From the NCBI GenBank assembly GCA_020719005.1, contig DYQZ01000001.1:5779-69778 (forward strand): a stretch of DNA of 64,000 nucleotides, read 5' to 3'. The translations under genes and the position numbers were made by a program. The DNA comes from Candidatus Omnitrophus sp. GTDB lineage: Bacteria; Omnitrophota; Gorgyraeia; Zapsychrales; Fredricksoniimonadaceae. The notes beneath the pieces are model-generated. The model was not told the origin of the DNA. It did no database searches and was given only the letters and a program-made list of their open reading frames with translations. Below are positions 44,001 to 56,000 of the stretch, piece by piece; the stretch's first letter is position 1; each line of letters opens with the position of its first letter.

Positions 44001-47000
44001 CACTTATCAAGGGTTGGATCATGTTTCGCGCGGATGGGTATTTGAAGACGCTTGAAGAAGCGGAGATCGCCGGTGAGTCAACGATGAGCGCGTTCCTTGA
44101 GTTTCGCGGAAAGACCAAGGAAGAGATCAAGGCGTTGTTGCCGAAACTTGTGATGTTCGTCCATGTGCATGAAGATATTGATCCTGATCTGGCAGAAAAG
44201 AAATTGAAAGCTGATATCGAGAAAGCAGAAGCGGCTTTAGCGGAAGCGACGGAAGCGGATAAGCCGAAGAAGCAGGCAGAGATTGATGCATTAAAGGCCA
44301 AAAAGGCGTGGGGCGGGACTGAAGCTAAAGAGATCATCGACATGCTCTGTAGCGACGAGCGCGGGTATGTTCTTAATACGTATGGCGATAAGATCATTGT
44401 TTCGACCAAAGATCTTAAAAAAGGAAATAAGATCGAGAATGATGGCCTGGAATTTGATTTCCCGAAAGATCAGGGGGCGCGCTGGACGGTGAAGACAGAC
44501 AAGTGGAGTATTTGCGGCCGGTTCATTGAAGAATATCTCAAGCGCAATGGCAAGTCTGACGCCATGATCTTTAATCTGGACCGAGATCATTTTTATTTTC
44601 CGACGGATTTTCTGGCTGTTCCGCTGGTGGCCGACAAGTTCACACATGATCCGCGCCTGGGGCTTATGACTATTGCGATGGAGATGAAGACGGGTTATGT
44701 CAGCCCGGCGGCAGAAGATCATCGTGTGGCGGAAGATGTCTGGAACTTGCGTACACTTTTTGCTGAGTCTGAGATCGGGACACACGCATTTTATGGTCCT
44801 GGTATTGTGCGTTGGAATGCGATGCGCCGCATGGGGGCGTTCATGTCGAACATTGAGGATACCGGGGGAGCACAGGAGGCGATCATGGTCGGGTATCGTG
44901 CGGAAAATTCACCGCGCATGAGCATTGGCCGCCCGCGTGAGATGATCCCCGGGTCGCTGTTGGCATTCCAGAATCGTTTCGGTGGGCTTGTTATCGACGA
45001 GTTCCTTTCGGTCCACTTCCAGATGACGATGAGCACGGATGAACTTCACTGGACGGAAAAAGCAACGCTTCTGCAGAATTTTGATTTCTATATCAATAAG
45101 CCGCTGGTGCCGCGTTATAACCTGATGATCTTCATCTTTGCGTTCTTCCTGAACTTCACTCCGTTCAGTTCATTGGCGTGGCCGCTGTTGTTCATCGGGA
45201 TCCAGTATATCCTTGCTGAGGCGATCACGGCGGGCGGCGTCAGGATTTATACGTCCAAGTATGGTTTCTGGAGGGGGTATGCGATGTATATGAAGCGGAT
45301 GTGGAGCTTGGTGTTCACATTCGGTTCGCTGGTCCCGCTTCATGATGAGAAGGTGCGCAATGCCCATAAGGGAACTGCGGGTATTTTCTCAAGCGGTGTT
45401 AAGGATATCGTTTATCCGCGCCTGTCTTTCAGTGAACTTTATGATCAGTATCGTACGTCGATCTATTGGGGTCTTCTTCTGGGTGCGATCGCCTTGATGG
45501 CGCCGTTCCATCCGGTGGCGGTGTTGAGCCAGATCTTCTTCTATGTATTCCCGGTCGTGTTCATTTTCGCGCCGTTCATGAAAAATGGTAGATCGAAGCC
45601 GATGGTCTCTGGGTCGATTTTTGGAGCGATCGCGGTAGCGGTGGTTGTTTATTCGCTGGGATATATCACAGCGCCGGTGTTCCTGGCGGCTATGACGGCG
45701 GGGCTGGCGGCCATTATTGTTGCCGGTGTCAAGGCGCAGGAGAAATATACCACCGGCATCACGATGGGGCTTTTGGCCATACCGTATGCCGTATTGGATT
45801 TTATGACGCTGTTCATCCTTAGCAATAGCGACATGCATAAGGATAAGATCAAAGTAGATATCTTTAAGAATGGTTTGGCATTTGTATGGAAGAAGCACGC
45901 TAAGGATTCAAAGCCGATGGCGTGGTATCAGAAGATCGTTAAGAGCAAGAAGCAGACACAGCCTCAAGCGGCTGCCGTGAAGGTGGAGCAGGCCACGGGT
46001 GCTGTGGGCGCTGGTAATGCTCCGGCATTGGATCATGGCAAGGATGGCGTGAAGAAGCAGGAATCTTCCAAAGATAGCAATCCTCCCCGTGCAGGCCCTG
46101 ACGTAAAGTCTTCTAATAAAGTATCAGAAGATCCGAAGAAGTCTCAAGCCCCACCGTCGTTGGCCGCTATTATTGGTCTTGAGATCGCCCGTCGTATTCA
46201 TGCGCGTGAAGTTAAAGAAGCGGAAAAAGTCGCGAAGCAGTCGCAGGCGGTTCAGGCGAGCGGTAAAAAGATCGAAAAGTTCTATCTTCCGACACCTCAA
46301 AAAGAATTTATCAAGCGCATTGAAGAAGCGGCCTTACAAGTGAGCCGTCGGCATGAATATAAGGCGGCATTGGTTAATACGTGGGCGAATAGCGAAGAAG
46401 AATACAAGGCTACGATCGAGAAACTCACCGAAGAATTTTCACTGACTATTTTCCAGAGCATTGCGACAGCTGTTGGTATCGTTTATAGCGACAAGACAAC
46501 CGCCAAAGAATTAGCTGATCAGATCCGAAAGATAGATCTCTCCAAATACAATACTATCGGCAAGCTTGCGATCTACAGCGGCCCGCCTGGCGGAGGCAAG
46601 GGCGCGGTGTGGGAGCGTTTTGAAGCGCTGTATGGCGATATGATACAGAAGTTCACCCTTTTTCATACGCGTAATATCCGTGACGGCGAGACGATGGGGA
46701 AAGAATATCATTACCGCAATCCTGAAGCGTTGAAGAAACTGGAAGCTGAAGGAAAGATCATTACAGCATCTGTCAACGGGCAGTTACAAGGATTGGCGAC
46801 GATTTCTTTCAAGGATGATTATGATTATACGGACCCTCAAAGCGGCAAGAGACATGAAGGATCTTCTGAGGTGGTTGGCCTGGATGCTGTTTTTAATGGC
46901 GTAAAGATCGTTGTTCTTGAATGCGGGTTGGCATGGTTTGAGGCGTTGCATGATAAGTATGGGGACGCGTTGACGAGTATCTTTATATCACCGTTTAGCG

Positions 47001-50000
47001 ATGCAAGCATTGATACGGCTGTAAGTGATATGAAGGTTGTGTTTAAGGCCGCTGTTGGTCTTGAGATCGCCAAGCGTATTCATGCGCGTGAAGGCAAGGA
47101 AGCCAAGGTGGTGTTTGATGAGTCTGATGCGAAGCAGAAAAAAGGCGAGCCGGTAACAAAGTTTTATATTCCAACTCCGCAGAAAGAATTTAATAACCGC
47201 ATTAATGAAGCGGCCCTTCAGGTGAGCCGTCGTCATGAATATCAAAAAGCTCTGGTTAATACGTGGGCCAGCAGTGAAGCTGAATATAAAGCAATGATCG
47301 ATCAGTTGACCGAAGGGTTTGCGCTGACGATCTTCAGGAACATTGCTGATGCTGTAGGTATTGTGTATCAAGAGACAACGACAGCAAAAGAACTGGCTGA
47401 TCAGTTGGGTAATATTGATCTTTCTCAATATGATACGATCGCGAAGTTTGCGATCTTTAGCGGTCCACCCGGCGGCGGTAAAGGTGCTGTGTGGGATCGT
47501 TTTGAAGAGTTGTATGGGAAGATGACAACAAAGTTCGTTTTTTTTCATACACGTAATATCCGCAAGGGCGAGGTGATGGGAAAGAATTATCATTATCGCA
47601 ATCCTGATGCATTAAAGAAGCTGGAAAGTGAAGGCAAGATCATCACCGCTTCTATTAATGGTCAAGCGCAGGGATTGGCGGTAACGAGTTTTGAAGATGA
47701 TTATTCCTATGTTGATCCGCAGTCGAATGAAAAACATGAGGGAAGGGCAAGTGTTGCTTGTTTGGATCAGGTATTTAAGGGCAATAAGATCGTTATCCTT
47801 GAATGTGGTTTAGCCTGGTTCGAGGCGCTCCACAAGAAATATGGAGATGAGCTAACAAGTATTTTCATATCACCCTTCAGTGATCAGGAATTGGCGTGGA
47901 CAGAGATGTCGGTTGAAGATCGCAGGAAGTATGAAGCTTATGATCATAGAATTCTTGAGCGTGCGGCAGCGTTAAATAATAGAAGCGCTGCAATATTAGA
48001 TAGAATTGCGCACCACAAGAAATTTTCACACGATGGTAACGCGTTGCCTTTCTTTGGAACGACGGTGGTTTCTTTTGTTTCAAAGAATTCGGAAGCTTTC
48101 TTACGTTTGGTCGCTTTTCGTGATCGTCTTAAACAGGCTTTAGAGCGGGCTGGTTTGTCTAAATTTATGGCTTGGACGGAAATTGATTCTTTGCATATGA
48201 CGGTATGTGATATTGATAAAGAGCTTTCTGCTGAAGGGTTTGATGAGCATGTGATAAGGCGTAAAGAAGAAGCGCGCGAAGTGTTCAGTAAGATAAAGAA
48301 TATCACACCTGTTTCTGCGCAGATGAAGGGGCTTGGTTATAAGCTGGCCTTAACGGCACATGTTTTATTTAATGACCCCAAAGAGTTGGATAAGATATTT
48401 GAGGTCGAGGATTCTATAAAAAAGGGCACGAGTGAGCCTAAACAACAACGTGATTTCACAGGTCATATTACATTGGGTTATCCTGTTGGTGTGATGACGA
48501 TGGATGAACTGAATAAATTATTTGATATCTTCAAGCAGTTCTCGAACGATGATCTTAGAGATATTGTGTTTGATAATGTCACCTTTACACGATTCAGTAA
48601 TATGAATACATATGGAAGAGAGTTGTCCCTTGACCTTAATTCTGGTGAGATCCTTTCTTATGGTAAAGATCATGAAGTGTTGCTTGATATTTTTAATGGA
48701 GATCACGGCAAGCTTATTCATGCTCTCGGAGTTTGGAAAAAAGAGTTTAAAGATGTTTTAGGTGTCGAGAAGTCTTTTGAACAGTTGACGACTTTTAAAG
48801 ATGATGATCATCCACAAGGAACAGAATATTTACGTATCATTGATGGGCAAGATCAATATACCGGTGAAGTTCGTCCCAGAGATCTTTGTCATGCGCAGGG
48901 CACAGAGCATCGTGCCGTTGCGGTTATTCTTTATGATCGTGAGGGGCGTATTCTGGTGCAGGTGCGCTCGAGAAAGAAGAAGTTCTTTCCTGGCATGAGA
49001 GATGTGTCTGCGGCGGGTCATCTTGCTTTGGAGAAAGAATATTTGGATGGGGCCATTAATGAAACAGAGGAAGATGTCTTTGATAGCCGACATAAGCTTG
49101 ATCCTGATCGTTTTCAATACGTGGGAACATTTCCTGCGCATCATCGAAATGAGAAGATGGGCTTAAACGATAAAGAGATGGTTGTTTTGTATATGTATCA
49201 GGTGAGGGATGAAGAGAAGGCTCGCGTTGCAATTCAGGCATCTGAAGTAGAGGCTGTCGAATGGGTTTCTTTTGAGAAAGAGCTTTCGGATTGGCAGATG
49301 TGGTATACAGCGGTTGGTAATGGACATGAGCAAGGGAAGTTTGCCAATATTCAAGGGATGGCGGTTGGGTATGCCATTCTTGGAATTGATATTCTTGCCA
49401 ATGAACGTATCGTTGAAAAGATGGTGGATGTTGTAAAAAGGGGTCTTTCTATTAATTCCATGGCGTTTGCTGGAGAAAATAAGTTGGTGTCAACGGATAA
49501 ACAGGGTGCTGTTGAGACGCGGGCAGGTCCTGAAGAGATAAAAACACCTGCCAAGACTGCGGCTGAGTCAAGCCGTACGGCGCCACCCGTGGAGAAGGAA
49601 TTGCCTATTGTTCCTGCCTCATGCGTTAATTATTCCGCACGTTATGTTGATCTGCAAAAGATGTTTGAGACGCTTCGTGAATTGTTATCCTTCAAGAGTC
49701 CGACCGGCCAGGAAGGCCAGGTGCGTTCTTATATTGAAGCCTGGTTCCAGGCACAGCATATTCCGGTTACGGTTTTATATAAAGGGGACGCTCCCAAGAA
49801 CCTTGTCGTTGAGCTTGCGGCGACGTCGGGTCAGGAAAGCGTTGGGGTCATTGCGTTCGATGCGCATATGGATATTTCCGATAATAATGCTGCCGACCTG
49901 GTGTTGGATCGGAATGCTCAGAGAGTGATCGCCACAGGTAGGGATAACGGGGCCAATGGTCTTGATGACAAGATCGGTATTGCGGTGATCCTTGAGATGA

Positions 50001-53000
50001 TGCGGGCACTGCAGGAGAAGAATATTCCGCATGGCCGTATCCGATTGTTCTTTACCGCAGAAGAAGAAACTTTTGAACATCGGGGTGCACTTGATATTAA
50101 GACCCAGCACCCAGATCTTTTAAGAGATATTGCTTTGATGATACCTGTCGACGGGCATCGTTTGCAGAAGAATGGCCGATATGAAGATATTTTAAGCGGG
50201 GATGCTGGTTCTTTGGCGGTCATGTTCATTAATCTTGTAGATGGGGCTTTGGAGCGGTTGGTCGTGCTTGACGCCGGGCGCGCGCTTGGTATTGAGCCGG
50301 CAGTCTTTAAACTTAAGGCGAATGCCAGCGGTAATGAAACTATTTGGGGAGCGGCTGGAATGGCTGTGGCACATGTTCGTGCTAATTATGCGACGACAAA
50401 TGACAGGGCTAGTGTTGATCATGCGGATTATGCGGATATTTTGAGTTTAGGTGATTGGCTGGTTGAGATCGCTCGTCGAGGAGTAGAAATGTCAGAAGCC
50501 CAGTTTCTTAACGTCCCCGTCGTTACCCTCAAAGAAGAAACCCGCGTTGCGTTAGATGAGATGCGTGCGGATCATTTGAATAAGACCAAGAACACAACGC
50601 CTGCCCGGTATCGTGCGCTTTCTTCCATTGTTACGACGAGCATTGCCCGTGAACTTAGGAAGCACGCAGATCCTGCCAAGACCGTGATCGTTTTCCCGTG
50701 GCGTTCGGCCATGGCCATGAGCGAAGCGTTTGAGCGTGAAGGGTATCGTTACTTTTGGCACATCGGTGTCAAGCGCGATGAGAAGACGCTTGAGCCGTCG
50801 ATGTATTATAAGGGCAACTGGCGTATGCCGGAGGGTGTTGATGTGGCGGACCTTGAGGTTGTGATCGCGGACCCGATGTTTGCCATCGGCGGAAGTGTTG
50901 CCCTCACGATCGATATCTTGATGAAAGAAGAAGGCATCAAGCCTTCGCAGATCACGGGCGTGCATGTCGTCTCTGTCCCGGAAGGTATCAAGAACATCAC
51001 CGCGAAATATGCGATCAAGCGGATCATCACCGGGTCGCTGGATGAGAAGTTAAATGAGATCGGTTATATCGTTCCTGGCCTCGGTGATTATGGCGACCGT
51101 TATTTTGAAGGCATCAGCTGTGAAGAGGTCCGTCATTGGAGGAATCTGGACATTCTTGACGGGAATGATCTGAAGGCGCTTGAAGGGAAGATATTTGGGG
51201 CTGAGGCAGGGGACGATGTTGTGAAGGCATATAACGGCATTCTCACCCCTGATGAGATCGCGGCTCTTGCGGCGTATAAATCTAATACTGTAAAAGTAGA
51301 ACAGAAGGTGCTCGCCCCGGCGCTGGCCATGATCGACGGTCTGGTTTTTGAATTACCAGAGGCGCGGTGCCTGGATCTTGGTGTGCTCACGCGCAATCTT
51401 GAGGTTTGTTTAATTTCAATGCAGGGAAGGGCTCCTCCGAGTGCCACTATTGAGGACGGCATTCTTTATCTATTTTCATATGAGGATAATAAAATAACGC
51501 CAACGCTTCTGGCGCGCATGATGGTTCATGAAGTTGTTGAGGATCAAGCCCATCGCAGTATTTCAGGAATTTCTAACGAGAGCGCCCATTCTTTGGCCAT
51601 CGATGCCGAGAGATCCTTTTCCGATCTTTTTAATTCCCACGAGGTCTTTGTTGCGGATTATGACGGGACATTGCATAACTTTCAGCAAGGGGTCCCGGGG
51701 AAGGTGCGTCAGGCGCTCATCCATAATGTGCTGAGTTCTGGCCGTCGGCTGGTTATCGCGACTGGGCAGGCCCCGGACACGTTTTATACAAATATTTTTC
51801 CTCAGCTTGATCTTGCCGGGGCTATGCGTTATGACGGTCAGGTCTATATTCTAGGTGAGGTCGGCGGTTGTGCTCGGCTTTTACGTTCTGATAGAACGCT
51901 TGTTGATGATCCGGATCTTTCTTATGCGCCGATGAGTGAGGATTTTCGCTCCGAGGTCGCTCGTCAACTTGCGGGTATTCGCGCTGATCCGGCGATCGGT
52001 CTTTCTGATTGGGAGGTGGGGGTTGTTCAGCGCCATTCCATGATCTCGTTGCAGATACATTCTGAAGCGGCACACCGTAAAGCGCAGATGATCACGGAGC
52101 GTCTGCAGGCGGCTCTTGCAAGCTCGGGTTTTTATGTGACTAATGTGGTGGGTTGGTTCATCGATATTTCTTCAGCCAGCAAGGGCATTGGTGTTAAGCG
52201 ATACCTTACGAAATTCGGGCTTTCCCTTGAGGATACGCTCGTGGCTGGCGATAGCGGTAATGATATTTCCATGCTTGCCTTGGCAAAGGAAGGGGCCCAG
52301 GCGGTTTTTGTCGGATACGACGGGGCGATCTTGCCGTTGGATATCCGTGATAAGCTTGCGTATGTTCCGACGCCTGAAGCATTGGCTGATGTTATTTCTT
52401 CCAGATTTGTTCAAAAAGAGAGTGCCCCCGCTTTGTCGTTGTCTGGTTTTTGTGGCAACTGTACCGAGGCGATCAAGAAGGCATTGCCAGGGCTGGTCAT
52501 GGCCGGTAAGGTTGAGGTTCGGCGCTGTGCAGCGCTCGGCCTGCTTGATCTTGATGGGGACAAGGTTGATTTTCTTGAATTTGATTACAATGAGATCCCT
52601 GAAGCCATCCGTTTCAATGAACTCAGCAATATGCAGGAAGTTGCGATCTTTGCGGCTGAATATTCCAAGCCAGGGCATTTTTCGATCCATGTTTCTTCTG
52701 AAGCCCGCCGTCGATTTGATGCGCTTTTTCCCGTGGAAGATCCTGAGGCACGTAAGACCGCTCTTAAAGTGATCGCGCTTCATGAAAAAGTTGAGCTCGA
52801 CGGGATGAGCCATGCCAATGCCGTAGAATTCCAGAAGACGGTTGAGGGCTATAAGGTAGTTGCCGAACGCCTGGAGCGTTTGCAGTCGCTGGAGCGTGTG
52901 ATCATCCCGCTTGCGCATAACAGTGTTGATGTCTCTAATATCAAAGCCAGGATCGTGTTCGCGGAACGTCACAGTTTGACAGAAGAACAGCGTCAGATCC

Positions 53001-56000
53001 TTTTTGGTCTGCGTAATCTTGAGCTTATTGCCGCTGCGGTCCGTAAGATCGACAGTCATGTCAAGCGCGGGCGTTTTTCCTGGTTTTTTTCGGCAAAGCC
53101 TGTGTGTGCGGCTGAGGTGATCGAGGCTGTTGTGGAACGCCTCATCGCCGAGCGTTCCCGTTTGTCTGCTACCGTAGGGATCCTTGAATTGTTCGATGCG
53201 GTCATTACGGATGAGGAAAAGGCTATTCTTCAGGAGTGGGGCATTAATCCCGCCGGAGAAGTTGTCAAGGTTCCTCAAGGGCAGGGCACGATTTATGATC
53301 TCATCAATAAACATTTGGATGATAATGACCTGCTCTCGTATGCACCGATGATCGGTGATATGTCCGATATGATCGAGAAGAAGAAAGAACGTTTTAAAGG
53401 TGTTCCAGGACGCGCCGGCGCTTTTTATAGGGTTTTGACACCATTCTTGCGCAATATGGCCAAGCATGACCCAAGCCGTGTCGATCAGTACAAAATGTTG
53501 AGCGAGGGATTTTTGGAGAAGGTTATTAGTGAAGATGCCTTGCCGATGGTCAAGTGGTGTGAGGCGGGTGTCTTGGATGTCATTGCCACGTTCCGTACCA
53601 AGATCCAGACGGGAGAGGCGCGGATCGCTGATATGCGCACCAAGCTTTTGGAGCCTGATGCGGACCGTATACAATTGGAAAGAAGTATTTTGATGGTCCA
53701 GCAGAATACCGTCGGTCTTTTCATGGAACTTACGCAGATCTATGAGGATATCCTTTGGGAACTTGTTCTGGATTATCCCTATCAATTGGATTCTACACGC
53801 CGGATGTTGCGCGAGAATATCGTTCTGGCGCAAGTTTCCAGGATGGCGGATACACTTGCCGCTTTAAGCGCGCGCCAGGTTGAGGCGGATGAAGAGCCGC
53901 TGATCGCTCTTGAAGTAGAGCAGGCCCGTATTTTTACGTGCATTGCCATAGAGGCTATTGAACAGTTGAAAAAAGACGGCAGTCAGGATCTAAGCTACCG
54001 CAGAATGTTGGAACAGTCGGTGGATGCGGCGATGGAAGAGTTCAGGGCGCGTCTTCTGACACGTTTTGTTCCTTTGTATCGCGCACAAGATGCAGGGATG
54101 ACCATTGAACAGGCTGAAGAGAAAGTGTTGCGCGAGGCCCGTAATTATTACGATCATTTGACTGATTATATCATCGAAGAATCTGAAAAAGGGCTGGGGA
54201 CCACGGACCCTCACGGACTTCAGGCGGCACTTTTATATCATGATGTTCCTACTCCCATCAAATTCATGCGGACTGTAAGCGGTGCGCTTAAGGGGCGTCT
54301 TAAAGTGGTGCTGAATACACGCGGCTCGACGAACAATCATTATGCGCTGGCGGCCAAGGCTAACAAGATCCCTGTTCTGATCCTGGACCCTTCACGCCCC
54401 GATGACTTGAAAGATCTTCGGCGGTATCAGGAAGTGTTGATCCAGGACCACAGGGTTTATATTAATCCAAGCGCAAAGACACGCGATCGGGCAGATGGTG
54501 AGGAGCGTCGTCGTGCGGTTTATCAGGAATATTGCCGGTTTTGGGCAGCGCGTTCTTCGGTCGGCGCTGCGGCTAACGCGGATGATGCACAAGCGATCAC
54601 GGATGCTTTCAAGGAATTCATGGCGCGCAATATCGGCCTGGTGCGCAGTGAGAATTTGTTCCATGGTATTTTACCGGTCTCGATCACTGAGGCGATGATC
54701 GCGGAAGGAATACCGCAAGGCACGAAGATCTTTGATATCGGGGCGATGATCGAGACGCCGGGTGCCGTGGTAGATCTGGATAATATTCTTTCGCTGGCCG
54801 CATTCGTTAGTATTGGTTCGAATGATCTTACGGCAAAGACCTACCGTATCGATCGTGCGAGCGTTGAGCAGGGGGCGCGTGTTTATGGGCGTGTGATGCC
54901 TTTGGTGTTAAGGAAGATCCGGACGGTCATTGAAAAAGCGAATGCCGCTGGCGTTGACGTTTCGATCTGCGGCGACCTTGCGGCCATGAGGCGTTTTTGG
55001 ATCGTGTGGGCGTATTTGCGTCATCAAGGCGTGCGTGTGCATTTAAGCATGCCGGCGCACGAGATCCCCGAGTTCAAGGCGAGGATCAAGGCGTTGGAAA
55101 TATACCAGGGTTCTCATGCTGTCGTTGGGGCATGGGATATGATCGATAAGATATTTGCTCTTCCCGAGGATGAAGTTGCCGCGGATGACGAAGCGTTAGC
55201 CGTTCTTTTGGATAAAAAGCTTTTGCGGCTCGATCAGATCATCAGGAAGCGTCTTCGGATCGGGTCACTTCAGGATACAAAAGGTCCTTGCACCGCGGCC
55301 GATAGTCATAATGGAAAACTTTATTCCTCATTTCTTCCTTTGATCGTCCTGACGATAACGCTTCAGGCCGGTATTATGTGGCTTGCTGTTGGTTTAGGTG
55401 CATTTGTGTTCTGGAAGGTCTATAAGAATTTTCTGCGTTCCCGGGCCGGGCTTGGACAGCCTGCGGCTCTTCGGCCTTGGCTTATGGGCATGCTCAAGGT
55501 GGCGGCGCGTTTATCGGAAAGGATCTTTTGGCCTTATAGTTCAGCTTTCAAGCGGGCAACTTCTTTTGATCTTTGGACAGTTGCAGGAACGATCAGGCGC
55601 AAAGAGGTGCGAACACTGTTGTTCCAGGTCGCGGGCATGATACGCCGTGATCGTGAAGTTTATCTGGCTTCAAAAGCTGCGGCTGTTCATTTGCCGTCTT
55701 GTTTTGGCGTTTATTTGGCACGTATTTTTGCAGGTGTTATCCCTATTGCGGTTTATCGTAAGGTTGATTCTTCCAGTCCCTCTAATGGTGCTGATATAAC
55801 CTGGCTTAGCAAAAAAGGGTTATTGGATAAGAATGGTTTTATGGAGGAGTTTGTTGATCCGCGCGGAAAGTTATCCTGGGGTATGGCCGGCTTTTATGCG
55901 GATATCATCGAGATCTATTTGTTGAATACGCATGATCATACCCGGATGGTGGCAGAGATGGTGCGTTCTTATCTGGATCATCAAAAGTCTGTTTCTCATA

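Noticed and set aside
52172-53833. 553-aa minus-strand ORF
   Set aside because: Antisense to the HAD domain and following region of the giant ORF; no protein-like features.
50530-55100. Separate upp, cof or ptsI genes
   Set aside because: No stops or separate starts between them; they are domains of one ORF, so no gene symbols were assigned.
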